A DNA stretch of 64,000 nt from an uncultured delta proteobacterium. Its GTDB lineage: Bacteria > Desulfobacterota > Desulfobacteria > Desulfobacterales > SG8-13. Both the position numbers and the translations under genes were made by a program. The DNA lies in NCBI GenBank assembly GCA_963848135.1, contig CAWKCK010000017.1, forward strand, positions 310,001-374,000, in the 5' to 3' direction. Numbering within the stretch: position 1 is the stretch's first letter; each line of letters opens with the position of its first letter. Below are positions 1 through 9,721 of this stretch, piece after piece. The notes below the pieces were generated by a model, which saw only the letters and a list, made by a program, of their open reading frames with translations, did no database searches and was not told the DNA's origin.

Positions 1-328
1 CTTCAAGAGTTGACCAAATTTTATTGGGAATTGTCGGGTAGAGAATATCCTCGGAATCCTCGTACAAACTGATCGTGTTGCCCACGGCTTCAGACTCCAT
101 GGTCATGTCGTAGGGTATAACCACACAGTCGAAGTTCATCATCTTGGCCGACCAGATGGCTGATTGGGCCATGCGCTCGGCGTCGGTATGAACGGTAGCA
201 AACTTTAAATTGGCCTTTTCGATACCCGGCATTACCACCATTCCCATACCGCTGAAAAATGGCATGGTGTCGATCGGTTCCTTACGCAGAAGACGCATGA
301 CGCGTTCCTTGGGTGTCAGTTCCGCCAT
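1..328 (-). CDS. MtaA/CmuA (UroD-fold) corrinoid methyltransferase, 3' end beyond window edge
   Basis: Manual translation from ATG at 328: MAELTPKERVMRLLRKEPIDTMPFFSGMGM...DILYPTIPNKIW; GGAG RBS upstream; close paralog of 3029-4081. Confidence 0.85.
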   Translation of the reverse strand, partial: MAELTPKERVMRLLRKEPIDTMPFFSGMGMVVMPGIEKANLKFATVHTDAERMAQSAIWSAKMMNFDCVVIPYDMTMESEAVGNTISLYEDSEDILYPTIPNKIWSTLE

Positions 329-382
329 AATGTGACTCCTTTCTCAATGGTACCCAAACGTATAAGTGGGTTAAAACCAGGT

Positions 383-1339
383 TTAGGCCAATGACTTCAG
401 TTGTTCCACGAAATCGGGAAACAGTTTGAACAGTGGGTGATTCGGGTCCTTGGGCAGCTTCTTGGTTTCAGCAAAAGCTGCCGTGGCCAGAAAGGCATCA
501 GCCTCGGCGACTGCCGGCAGGATGCGTGTGGCACCCGCCATGGGGCCCGAAAATATCATGTCATGAAAGAAGAAGGCTGAAAGGGATTCTAAGGCCGCAT
601 CGGTAGCCGACCATCCCTTGAAGTCCCACATGTCCTTAAAACGTTTCAAATCCATGTAGGAACCATTGCTCGGAGCGCTGGCCGTCGGAAAGCCCCATTT
701 CTCTTTGACCATCCGATTGGCGATACCGCAAAACGCCGTGGCCGGCCCATTCATCACCGAGGTGTCGACAAAAATACTTTCGAACTTGGCGCCCACTTTA
801 TCGATGGCGTCCAGCAGTCTCTGGGTGCCAGTGACGCGTCCGCTCGGCATCTGATCTTCCTGGTCGAATGCCACCAGGAGCACGTGTTTGACGCCGATAT
901 CGGCAATTTCCTTGATTTCGGTTTCCAGATCCTTCTCCCAGACCGTCAGGCTGTTGTAAAACATACGGTCGAGCAACCCCTTTTCGGCACAATATGCCGC
1001 GCCCGCCAATTTGGGCTTCATCACCCAGGCGTCGATACAAAAAGGCATGCTGCTGACCTCACTGACGAAATCGATAAATGCTTTGAACTCATCACCCGTG
1101 TTGGCGACGATATCCGCCATTCCTGGTACGCCTGTTTCAGCCGTCAGGCGTTCCTGGGTCTTGAGGAGTTCCTCCGCCCGCTTTTCATCGAATCCTTCCT
1201 TGCGCTTGCCGGTAAACACCTTGTCGCCTTTCTGAAAAATCGAGCTGACGCATACGCAGGGGTACTCGCCGGGCTGCCCGCCAAATTTTACCCCACCAAC
1301 CTCGCAAACCTTTTGCTCGGTGCCGATTTGAAACATCAT
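383..1339 (-). CDS. MtrH-like methylcobamide:tetrahydrofolate/pterin methyltransferase (MtrH/MtgA/CmuB family)
   Basis: N-terminal GVKFGGQPGEYP motif typical of MtrH; 318 aa; GGAGG RBS. Confidence 0.85.
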   Translation of the reverse strand: MMFQIGTEQKVCEVGGVKFGGQPGEYPCVCVSSIFQKGDKVFTGKRKEGFDEKRAEELLKTQERLTAETGVPGMADIVANTGDEFKAFIDFVSEVSSMPFCIDAWVMKPKLAGAAYCAEKGLLDRMFYNSLTVWEKDLETEIKEIADIGVKHVLLVAFDQEDQMPSGRVTGTQRLLDAIDKVGAKFESIFVDTSVMNGPATAFCGIANRMVKEKWGFPTASAPSNGSYMDLKRFKDMWDFKGWSATDAALESLSAFFFHDMIFSGPMAGATRILPAVAEADAFLATAAFAETKKLPKDPNHPLFKLFPDFVEQLKSLA

Positions 1340-1736
1340 TTACCTCCTCTGTTCAAAATTTATTACACCTTCCCTACCACGGGAATAAACACTTCGGTCA
1401 TTATGGTAATATTGACAACATCCTTTTATATGAACGGACAGGAGCTGAACATAGTCCAATAGACGATTTTTCATGGGATCACAGATGATTTTGGTCACCT
1501 GGTATGGCCACACTGTAAAACTCTTTTATTGGGCGTGATAATGTTCTATGATGCTTGCAATAAGGGAATTCAACAGCCTGGATTAATTATTTATTTGATT
1601 TGTTTTATCGGTATATTGGGCGATACTCAAAGGTCCCAAATGCCATAGAACGATTCGCGGACTAAACCACAACCTTAGCTATGTAAAAGATAAATTAAAT
1701 AATAACAGATTTTTAAGTTTCAAAAGGTAATGTATT

Positions 1737-2243
1737 ATGAAAGAAAAATTTGCCCACTTGGTCGACAAAGCCATTGAACTGGGTGCCACCGATGCCAAAC
1801 AGATACCGGTCAGCAGCATCGTTTTCGATTCCAGGTCCTATTTGAAATGCCGCTTCGGTTGCAACCGGTGGGGTAAATACTGGACCTGTCCGCCCCATCT
1901 CGAAATTACGCCGGAACGGTTCATGGATGCCTTCGCTCAATACCACCAGGCGATCGTCATCAAATCCTCAGATCCCAAAATCGGGCAGGATGTCAGTGTG
2001 GCTATCGAAAAAGAGGCCATGTTGACATTGGGGTGCACGTTCGCCTTTGCCATGGTTCTCTGCGTCGAATGCGAAGACTGCGCTTACCCCGACCCGTGCC
2101 GCTATCCCCATCTGGCCCGCCCATCGATGGACGCTTACGGTATCGATATCGGCAAGACACTGGCGCCACTGGGCTTCCAGGTGGAACTCGATGCCGGGGG
2201 CCAACTCCTTCCGGCCTGGTACAGCATGGTCCTGATCGATTGA
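1737..2243 (+). CDS. DUF2284-like Cys-rich metal-binding protein
   Basis: CRFGCNRWGKYWTCPP, CVECEDC..PCRYP..ARPSMDAYGID pattern. Confidence 0.8.
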   Translation: MKEKFAHLVDKAIELGATDAKQIPVSSIVFDSRSYLKCRFGCNRWGKYWTCPPHLEITPERFMDAFAQYHQAIVIKSSDPKIGQDVSVAIEKEAMLTLGCTFAFAMVLCVECEDCAYPDPCRYPHLARPSMDAYGIDIGKTLAPLGFQVELDAGGQLLPAWYSMVLID

Positions 2244-2257
2244 AACGGAGGGAAACC

Positions 2258-2869
2258 ATGTCGATCGGCGTTATCTGCTGCCGCGTGCTTGAACGAGAGA
2301 TACGTGCTGTCACCGCTGATATACCGGAGGTCACTCACCTGGAAGTCATGGATTGGGGGCTGCATGTTCAGCCCGAACGGTTGCACAACCGGATATGCAA
2401 GAGGATCAGAGAATTACAGGATCGCGTGGATGCCATCGTGCTGGGCTATGGCCGATGCCAGACTATGGATAAGCTATCGGGTAATTTTTCGGTCCCCATT
2501 TTCTATCCACCCGCCGAAGACTGTATCGGCGTCCTTTTGGGTCAAGAGCGATATGAAAAAGAGCTCGGTCGTGAACCCGGTACGTGGTTTTTGACCCCAG
2601 GCTGGACCGAACTCGGCATGGCGTTCGTGTTTCACGAACTGCAGGTGCAGCATATGGCCGAAAAGGGGATCGATCCCCTGCGTGTTGCCCGGCGAATGCT
2701 CGATGGTTTTACACGAGCCTTACTGATAGATTCGGGATTAAACGATGGAATGGCCCTTGATCAAAAGGCTGAGGCAATAGCCGCTGAATTCGGTTGGCGG
2801 TTGGAGAAAACCGAAGGGACGCTGGCCAATTTGCGGAAAACCATTCAGCAAGCTTTATCCCTAAAATAA
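2258..2869 (+). CDS. DUF1638-like protein (corrinoid methyltransferase-associated)
   Basis: GGAGG RBS before ATG 2258; ICCRVLEREI, GLHVQPERL, LGYGRC, DCIGVLLG, TWFLTPGW motifs. Confidence 0.8.
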   Translation: MSIGVICCRVLEREIRAVTADIPEVTHLEVMDWGLHVQPERLHNRICKRIRELQDRVDAIVLGYGRCQTMDKLSGNFSVPIFYPPAEDCIGVLLGQERYEKELGREPGTWFLTPGWTELGMAFVFHELQVQHMAEKGIDPLRVARRMLDGFTRALLIDSGLNDGMALDQKAEAIAAEFGWRLEKTEGTLANLRKTIQQALSLK

Positions 2870-2900
2870 TAGTAATGAAGACAAATACCATAATTTGTTA

Positions 2901-2935
2901 TGGCGGCCCGTAAAGAGAGGCTTTACGGGCCGCCA
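2901..2935. terminator. Hairpin between convergent genes, probable terminator
   Basis: Perfect 15-bp inverted repeat tggcggcccgtaaag / ctttacgggccgcca with 5-nt loop. Confidence 0.7.
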
Positions 2936-3028
2936 ACCATTTATTGATCACCTGCGGGCCACAAACACTCTTTGTGTCCCAAATGAATCTTGTTCCTTGA
3001 TCACTTTAGCGTATGCGTCACAATAAGC

Positions 3029-4081
3029 CTAAAGACGTGCCAGCGCCGGGCTCGGTTTGCGTCCGTATTCCCTGGCGGTTTTTACGATAGCGCGCATGTT
3101 ATCCTCTTTGATATCTGGCCACAGGTCGCAACCGGGCCAGATGGCGTCTATACCGCCGTCGATGTTGGCCTTGATACCGGCCACGGCCTCATCAACCGTT
3201 GTCTCTTCCTTGCATGGCAGCGCAAACACATCGAAATTGCCGAATATTAGGGCATCGTTGCCCAGTTTTTCACGCGAAGCCGCAAGATTATTTTTGATGT
3301 CGACACTAACGGCGTCTGCTCCGCAGTCGTTCATCATTTCGATGATCAGATCTGTTGCGCCGCAAATGTGCAGTACTTTGGGAGCGTCCCACGCAGCCAG
3401 GATGCGCTGCATACGCGGCTGGATGACGGTCTTCCACGTACGCGGGCTAATCAGGTCCGAGCCAGTGCCCATTTCCCGCAGGGTAATGAAATCGGCCCCT
3501 GCTGCCAGGTAAGCCTGCCCGATCTTGATGATCATATCCGAGACTTTATCCAGGGTTTCTTCCACCATATCTTTTTGCTTAAAAATCCCCTTGAGCAGCA
3601 GATCGAGCTCCAGTAACTGCCCACACATGGTAAAGGGACCCAGTTGCCATGCGCCGAGGGCCAACTCCGGTGCTTCCTTCACACATATTTTCATGGCTTC
3701 GATCACCATGGGCATACGACTTAATTCCATAATATTTTCCGGAATAACGACCTCGTCCATGCTCTTCCACATCTTGTTGGGAATGGTCGGATAGAGGATG
3801 TCCATGGCGTCATCATAGAGGCTGATCTCGTTGCCGCAGGCCTGCGATTCGCAAGTCATGTCAAACGGTACGACCACTGAGTCGAAACCATACATTCGGC
3901 TGCTCAAAATGGCCGCTTTCGCCATTTTCTCGGCGTCGCTGTGAATCTGCGGAAACTTGTAGCCCAACTCTTTAATGGCCGGTAATAGCACCATTCCCAT
4001 GCCACTGAAAAAGGGCATCGTATCCACAGGCTCTTTACGGAAACACTTCATAACACGTTCTTTAGGGGTTAATTCTGCCAT
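3029..4081 (-). CDS. MtaA/CmuA-family corrinoid methyltransferase (UroD fold)
   Basis: 350 aa; GPFT motif, HxC zinc motif (VLHICG), GNFD, PGCD. Confidence 0.88.
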   Translation of the reverse strand: MAELTPKERVMKCFRKEPVDTMPFFSGMGMVLLPAIKELGYKFPQIHSDAEKMAKAAILSSRMYGFDSVVVPFDMTCESQACGNEISLYDDAMDILYPTIPNKMWKSMDEVVIPENIMELSRMPMVIEAMKICVKEAPELALGAWQLGPFTMCGQLLELDLLLKGIFKQKDMVEETLDKVSDMIIKIGQAYLAAGADFITLREMGTGSDLISPRTWKTVIQPRMQRILAAWDAPKVLHICGATDLIIEMMNDCGADAVSVDIKNNLAASREKLGNDALIFGNFDVFALPCKEETTVDEAVAGIKANIDGGIDAIWPGCDLWPDIKEDNMRAIVKTAREYGRKPSPALARL

Positions 4082-4424
4082 TAAACTGACTCTCCTTTCT
4101 TAATTGTTGCTTATTAGATAGTGTACGCGTTGTTGCGCGTGAAAAAGCCGTTGCATCGCCCCGGGCGGGCCTATATCCAGTTGGGCGGGCCGTCATACCC
4201 GGTATGCTTCGGTTTCAACGAATAAAGCGGAGTGTCTATGAACCACAATAGGCCGGATTAAGTCAATCAACCGATGGATGATTTTACCCCCATAATCAGT
4301 CGGTTTTCAACCACAGGCCACCGACACTGCTGGCTATATAAGCGGGAATTTTCTATGAAGGGATTGCTTCTATCGGAATCGGCGCCCGGTGGTGGAAGAA
4401 CAGTGGTTAAATAGCGCTGCGACT

Positions 4425-5090
4425 TTAAAGATCCGGATCGACCAATCCCAATTGAATGGCAAAGTGGATCAATTTGACCGGCGAGTCGATGTTGAGCTTT
4501 TCCAGAATATTGGCGCGGTGGGTTTTGATCGTGCTGATGCTGACGCACAGCATGTCGGCAATTTCGCGGGTGGAGTGCCCCTCGCCGATTAGCTGGAACA
4601 CCTCGCGCTCACGATTGGAGAGCTGATTGTAGCGTTCGGCGATGGACGAGCATTTTCGCCGCGGAGACCGATAGGTATCGACCAGAACTTTGGAGATGGT
4701 GGGACTCAGAAACGTCTCGTTTCGCATGGCGGAATGGATGGCGTTGATGATATCGCGACCGCTGGCATCTTTGAGCAGATAGCCGGAGACACCGGTTTCC
4801 ATGAGTTCGTGAATATAGTGCTCATGGGAGTACATCGACAGAATCAGGATTTTCGTCTTCGGCAAATGCTTCCGTATTCTCTTGGCAGCCTCGATGCCGT
4901 TCATCCGCGGCATGGCGATATCCATAATCACGATGTCCGGTTTGAGGGACAGGGCCTGATCCACTGCCCCCTGTCCATTGGTGGCTTCACCGACGATCTT
5001 GAGATCCGCCTGCTCTTCCAACAGGCGGGCCAGGCCCTGTCGCACGATTGTGTGGTCATCGGCGAGCAATATGCGTACGGGCTCATTCAC
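4425..5090 (-). CDS. NarL/LuxR-family response regulator
   Basis: ILLADDH, DIVIMDIAMP receiver; LSNREREV...STIKTHRANILEKL HTH; GTG start overlaps the kinase stop. Confidence 0.93.
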   Translation of the reverse strand: MNEPVRILLADDHTIVRQGLARLLEEQADLKIVGEATNGQGAVDQALSLKPDIVIMDIAMPRMNGIEAAKRIRKHLPKTKILILSMYSHEHYIHELMETGVSGYLLKDASGRDIINAIHSAMRNETFLSPTISKVLVDTYRSPRRKCSSIAERYNQLSNREREVFQLIGEGHSTREIADMLCVSISTIKTHRANILEKLNIDSPVKLIHFAIQLGLVDPDL

Positions 5091-7338
5091 AATGTAACTC
5101 CTCTTCCAAAGGAATTTCGATTCGGATCCGGGTACCATCCCCGGGTGTACTGCGCAACTGAAAGGTGCCTTTCAACAGGGAGGCCCGCTCCCGCATACCG
5201 AGAAGCCCGAGGCTGCGCTTGTCTTTTCCGATGATCTCTGCATTGAATCCAATCCCGTCATCTTCGGCCAAAAAAATGATCCGCGGGTAGCTCTTGATAA
5301 TGGATAAATTGAAATTTTCGGCACCGGAATATTTTAGCGCGTTGGTGAGGGTCTCCTGACTGAAGCGATACAAGACCGTTTCGATGTCAGGATCCAATCG
5401 GCGGTCAAATCCGATGGTCTGAAAATCGATATCCAGATCGGAATGTTTTCTGATTTCCTCGAGGTAGAGATTCAGAGCCGGCTCGAGCCCGAGGTCGCTG
5501 AGCAGCGTGGGGTGCAAATGGTAGGACATGCGCCGTATCTCGGCCGAGGTGCGCTGAACCATCTGTCGGATCTCTCCGATTTCGTTATTGAGTAAAGCGT
5601 TGGCCCCGTGTTTTTCCTCTAGACGATCCAAACCGAGTTTCACCGCCGTCAAGGATTGGCCGGCCTCGTCATGCAGTTCACGGGCAATACGGCGCCGCTC
5701 TTCTTCCTGGCTCTGGAACAATTTTTCGGTCAGTCGCCGCAGCTCCTGACGGTGCCGCCGGATCGTTCCCATCATCTGGATATTTTCGATGGCACCACCG
5801 AGGAAATTACCCAGGGAACCCATCAGGTGTATTTCATGGGCGCTCAAAACCCGCTTCGAAGGGATACTGAGTCCGAAAAAACCGACGGCTTTGCCTTTGA
5901 ATGTAATTAAAAAACAGGTCAACCAGAGGTTGGTCTGCCCCCCGGTTGCGCGATAACGAATTTGAAATGAGGGAAACGACGCTTCGGGAGGCAAACCGAC
6001 ATCTTTCTCGATCAGATGCTGCATCAGGAGCGCATCGTTGAAAACCACCTCGTCGGTCTCTTCGGCGACGGCCTCGGGTATATTGTATCTGGCCCGAAGC
6101 AAGACCTTTTTGGTCTCATGATCGATAAGAAAAAGGCCGCCTCTTTCCAGTCGCAACACCTGAATGACCTTTTCGAGCGTCACCTTGAGAATCTGGTCGA
6201 AATTCATGGTGTGGTTCAACGCCACGGCAATGCTGTTGACAATCGAGAGCTCCCGGTTGCGCTGACTGATGACCTCCTCGCTCTGTTTGCGCCGGGTGAT
6301 GTCTTTGATGATACCTTCGAACTCGATTTCGCCGGATGATGCATTCTCATACATACGGCTCGATATGAGTACATGCAGAAGGGAGCCGTCTCTCTTTTTG
6401 AACTCGGCTTCAAAATCTTTGACAAAACCCCTGTGGGTGATAATCGAAAGGAACCTGTTGCGGCCCGCGGGGTCACGATACAGATCCTCGGCCGTCAGAC
6501 ATGCCAGCAGCTCCGATTTGGATTTAAATCCCATCAGTTCGACACCAGCCTGATTGATGTCAATTATCTGTCCATCCAGGTTGGTGGCATAGATCATGTC
6601 GTGACTGCCTTCGAACACCCGGCGATACTTCTTTTCCCGCTTGGCAATCTCTTCCTGGAGTCGCCTGATTTCGGTAATATCTTTGAAGATTTCGAGCCCG
6701 CCTGTGATCCTTCCCGATTCATCCTGAAACGCTGAAGTGGAACAGATGATCGGAATTTGGTGGCCGTCTATATTGCTAATCTCATATTCGCGGTTGTGAA
6801 TATCCCGGCCTTCATCCACCGCTCGCTTCAGGGCGCAATCGGTCTCGCAGATGGTATTCTTGAATACATCCTTACAGTACATGCCCACGGCATCCCGGGC
6901 CGAAAAACCGGTTATTTTTTCGGCTGCCGGGTTAAAATAGGTAATTCGCCATTCGTGGTCGGTGGTAAAAAGACCATCTGGCAAACGATTGAGGATCTCA
7001 ACGAAGCTCTCCTCTTTTTGATAGATTCTTTCCAAGACACTGCTATGGTAACGCTGAAGCTGTTCGGCGATGAATGCGTCCGGCCCTTTGCTGAAGGCTT
7101 CACTCCGGACAATAAAACACGAACAGGTCAGGCAGGCGGCTATTTTATGAAAAAAACCCTCACCGATAGTTTCTGTACAATGGGTCTTAGGAACCAGCCA
7201 GCATGCCATGATTCGCTTTTCATGAACCGGACATAGGACGTTTTTACACCGGATCAATTCCCAGCACGGTTGCCTCTCCGCCAAGGCCCTGTTTTGCCGG
7301 GCTATGCTAATGCGGTGATTTTCGAGCAATGAACTCAC
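5083..7338 (-). CDS. PAS-PAS-GAF sensor histidine kinase (HisKA_3 type) with Cys-rich N-terminus
   Basis: EERRRIARELHDEAGQSL H-box; DDGIGF, GLLGMRER; two PAS domains. Confidence 0.92.
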   Translation of the reverse strand: MSSLLENHRISIARQNRALAERQPCWELIRCKNVLCPVHEKRIMACWLVPKTHCTETIGEGFFHKIAACLTCSCFIVRSEAFSKGPDAFIAEQLQRYHSSVLERIYQKEESFVEILNRLPDGLFTTDHEWRITYFNPAAEKITGFSARDAVGMYCKDVFKNTICETDCALKRAVDEGRDIHNREYEISNIDGHQIPIICSTSAFQDESGRITGGLEIFKDITEIRRLQEEIAKREKKYRRVFEGSHDMIYATNLDGQIIDINQAGVELMGFKSKSELLACLTAEDLYRDPAGRNRFLSIITHRGFVKDFEAEFKKRDGSLLHVLISSRMYENASSGEIEFEGIIKDITRRKQSEEVISQRNRELSIVNSIAVALNHTMNFDQILKVTLEKVIQVLRLERGGLFLIDHETKKVLLRARYNIPEAVAEETDEVVFNDALLMQHLIEKDVGLPPEASFPSFQIRYRATGGQTNLWLTCFLITFKGKAVGFFGLSIPSKRVLSAHEIHLMGSLGNFLGGAIENIQMMGTIRRHRQELRRLTEKLFQSQEEERRRIARELHDEAGQSLTAVKLGLDRLEEKHGANALLNNEIGEIRQMVQRTSAEIRRMSYHLHPTLLSDLGLEPALNLYLEEIRKHSDLDIDFQTIGFDRRLDPDIETVLYRFSQETLTNALKYSGAENFNLSIIKSYPRIIFLAEDDGIGFNAEIIGKDKRSLGLLGMRERASLLKGTFQLRSTPGDGTRIRIEIPLEEELHCE

Positions 7339-7909
7339 AGTACGAATCTCCCTTTGCCCGGCAAACCGGTTCCGTTGCCAGAAAGGTGAAACACCCTCCC
7401 GGATAATCTTCGCCGTAAATCAAATCCATGAATGCCCCCGCCACCCCGCGGAGCATGTAGCACCTACCTTTGCGGGCTTGCCCATAGTCCTGCTGATATC
7501 CTTCGGCCTCATAGGAATCACTGACGCGCATAACAAGTTTTTCTTCGGGGATGAGTTCCTTTACCGCCAGATCCCCCCAGCCGAAAGCCGTGGCCACTGC
7601 GGCAAAACCCATAATCTGGTCTTCTTTACGCTCGATCATCGGTTGCACGATTTCATCCCATTCCCACGAATTGCGAATGCCCTGGAAGGTGGCATAACCG
7701 CATTCCTGGGCGGCTTTGATCAGAAGATTTTCAGCTTCGGTTTGACGCGATGATCCGATTTTTTTCTCGAAATCAAAGCTGAGCCGGTTATAGTAGCGCA
7801 CCGAAAAAAGCGAGAGATAGACCCCAAAGAGCGGAATGATCCCTTTCGATTCCCTGATCCGGCTGCCCTCCATAACGGCATGGACAATTTTAGCTCCGTC
7901 AATGGCCAC
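7307..7909 (-). CDS. V4R (4-vinyl reductase/hydrocarbon-binding) domain protein
   Basis: FGWG, CYMLRG, EPVCRAKGDSYCEF motifs. Confidence 0.8.
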   Translation of the reverse strand: MAIDGAKIVHAVMEGSRIRESKGIIPLFGVYLSLFSVRYYNRLSFDFEKKIGSSRQTEAENLLIKAAQECGYATFQGIRNSWEWDEIVQPMIERKEDQIMGFAAVATAFGWGDLAVKELIPEEKLVMRVSDSYEAEGYQQDYGQARKGRCYMLRGVAGAFMDLIYGEDYPGGCFTFLATEPVCRAKGDSYCEFIARKSPH

Positions 7910-8434
7910 TTAACGTACCTCCACCTGAAAAACACATTCATCATCACGCATCATCTTGCATCGGGTTTCCATTACCTTATAATGGCCGATCGGTCTGTCA
8001 CACACCGCTTCCAGCGCACCGGCGATCCAGCCTCGGGAAAAATGGCACCCGGGGCTGTGGCGTCTGCCATGCTTGGCCAGCCAACCGGTAACATGGTGGC
8101 TCGATGAGCTGACAATTTCCCCCCCGTCTATATCGATGTCCAGCGGATGAATGATGCCCAGACCACAATTCTGGTACATGATGGCCGCCATTTCCATTTT
8201 GGACTTGATCGTCCGCATCTCGTGGTATGTCGCGAGCATTGTCTTAAGGTCGTGATATGTGGCCTCCTCGGCCGCGCGGTAAATCAAGCGGACCCCTTCG
8301 TCACCCATCGTTTCCTCCAGGGTCCGCTGAAGGTTGATGTTGTAGTGGTGGCAATGAATGGTGATGGGTTGACCTGAAAGGACGATCCGATGATCATGCC
8401 GGTCAAGCTCTCGTTTCCAGTCGAATGGAGTCAT
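7910..8434 (-). CDS. V4R domain protein
   Basis: HCHHYN, GLG, CHFSRGWIAG, ETRCKMMRDDECVF; probable start MTPFDW at 8434. Confidence 0.8.
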   Translation of the reverse strand: MTPFDWKRELDRHDHRIVLSGQPITIHCHHYNINLQRTLEETMGDEGVRLIYRAAEEATYHDLKTMLATYHEMRTIKSKMEMAAIMYQNCGLGIIHPLDIDIDGGEIVSSSSHHVTGWLAKHGRRHSPGCHFSRGWIAGALEAVCDRPIGHYKVMETRCKMMRDDECVFQVEVR

Positions 8435-8655
8435 GGGTAACCTGCGTATAAACTGATTCGAAGTCGTTTGCACCTGTTGGGTGAAAATCAATAACCGAAT
8501 AATGGAACCCGCTTGGAAGCGGTATAGCACAGTTAAAGAACCATGTTAACCTTCAGGTTGGCAGGCCATCAAAAGCGCGGAGCATGTCCCCTTGCGAAGA
8601 TGAATAGACTTACCAGATATTGTCGTCAAGAGACTGTGCACGGGCCTATTCCGAA

Positions 8656-8684
8656 TTGACAACATCATCCCCCAGATATACTAT
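8656..8684 (+). promoter_or_regulatory. sigma70-type promoter upstream of CobW gene
   Basis: TTGACA-17 nt-TACTAT about 40 nt upstream of ATG 8724. Confidence 0.6.
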
Positions 8685-8723
8685 TTCAGCCACTTAACCA
8701 TCGTTTGCAAAGGATATCATCGA

Positions 8724-9713
8724 ATGAATCAACCAACGAAACAACGCTCTGATCGTAAGACCGATGTACTGCTGCTCTCCGGCTTTCTCGGTGCCGGTAA
8801 AACCACACTGTTAAAACGCATTCTCGCTTGGGAAACGGACCTATCCGATACGGTGGTCCTGGTTAACGAATTCGGTGATGTGGGTATCGACGGAGCGCTC
8901 CTCAAAAGCGCCGGTTCCGATGTGGTCGAACTCACCAGCGGCTGCATCTGCTGTACGTTGAGCAACGACCTGAGACAGTCCCTGATTCGCATCCGGCAGG
9001 ATTTCACGCCCCGGCGTATTTTCATCGAGTCCTCCGGGGTTGCCGACCCCACCGCTGTATTGCCTGTGTTAAGCAGTTCGCCACTATCCGAAACAATGAG
9101 ACTGGATAAAATCGTTACCGTCCTGGACGCGGATTTCTGGGAAGCCCGTGAAATTTTCGGGCGATTATTTTACAATCAACTCGAAACCGCCAACCTGATA
9201 CTGCTGAACAAAGTCGACCTTGTTGCCGATGCTGATATTCCCCAATTTCTTAAGGAGATCCATGACACTTTCCCGGACTGCCAAGTAATACCCACTGTGC
9301 GCTGCGGCATCGATCCGGCAGCGCTCTGGACCCCGGCAAGCCCCAAGAGCGTCATGCTCAAGCCGATACATGTGTTCGACGATATCACAACCGGCGTGCA
9401 TGAACACGATGATCACCAGGAAGAATGCATTCCGGTAAAGGCAACCCGCTTTGTGACCTTCTCGTTTCGTGAATCCCGAAAGTTGGATGAGGCATGCTTC
9501 AATCAGTTTGTCGCAGCACTACCACCGGAAGTCTTCCGAGTGAAAGGGCCGGTTCGCTTCATTGATCGAAGCATCATGCTCAACCACGTTGGGGGAAAAA
9601 GCGAGATCTTACCGTGGTCAGAGGATGGCGAAACCACTCTGGCTTTCATCGGCTGGAACATTGCGGCAGAGCAAATCCTCGATCGACTGCGTGGGTGCAT
9701 CACCGGAAAGTGA
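8724..9713 (+). CDS. CobW/COG0523-family metallochaperone GTPase
   Basis: SGFLGAGKTT, VNEFG, GCICC, ESSGVADP, NKVD, His/acidic stretch, RVKG. Confidence 0.93.
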   Translation: MNQPTKQRSDRKTDVLLLSGFLGAGKTTLLKRILAWETDLSDTVVLVNEFGDVGIDGALLKSAGSDVVELTSGCICCTLSNDLRQSLIRIRQDFTPRRIFIESSGVADPTAVLPVLSSSPLSETMRLDKIVTVLDADFWEAREIFGRLFYNQLETANLILLNKVDLVADADIPQFLKEIHDTFPDCQVIPTVRCGIDPAALWTPASPKSVMLKPIHVFDDITTGVHEHDDHQEECIPVKATRFVTFSFRESRKLDEACFNQFVAALPPEVFRVKGPVRFIDRSIMLNHVGGKSEILPWSEDGETTLAFIGWNIAAEQILDRLRGCITGK

Positions 9714-9721
9714 TTAAAACC

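Noticed and set aside
2033..2257. N-terminal extension of the 278-aa ORF overlapping the DUF2284 gene
   Set aside because: Arg/Pro-rich shadow translation; the real start with RBS is 2258
4297..4405. Weak long inverted repeat upstream of the methyltransferase gene
   Set aside because: Too many mismatches to call a MITE, riboswitch or operator by eye
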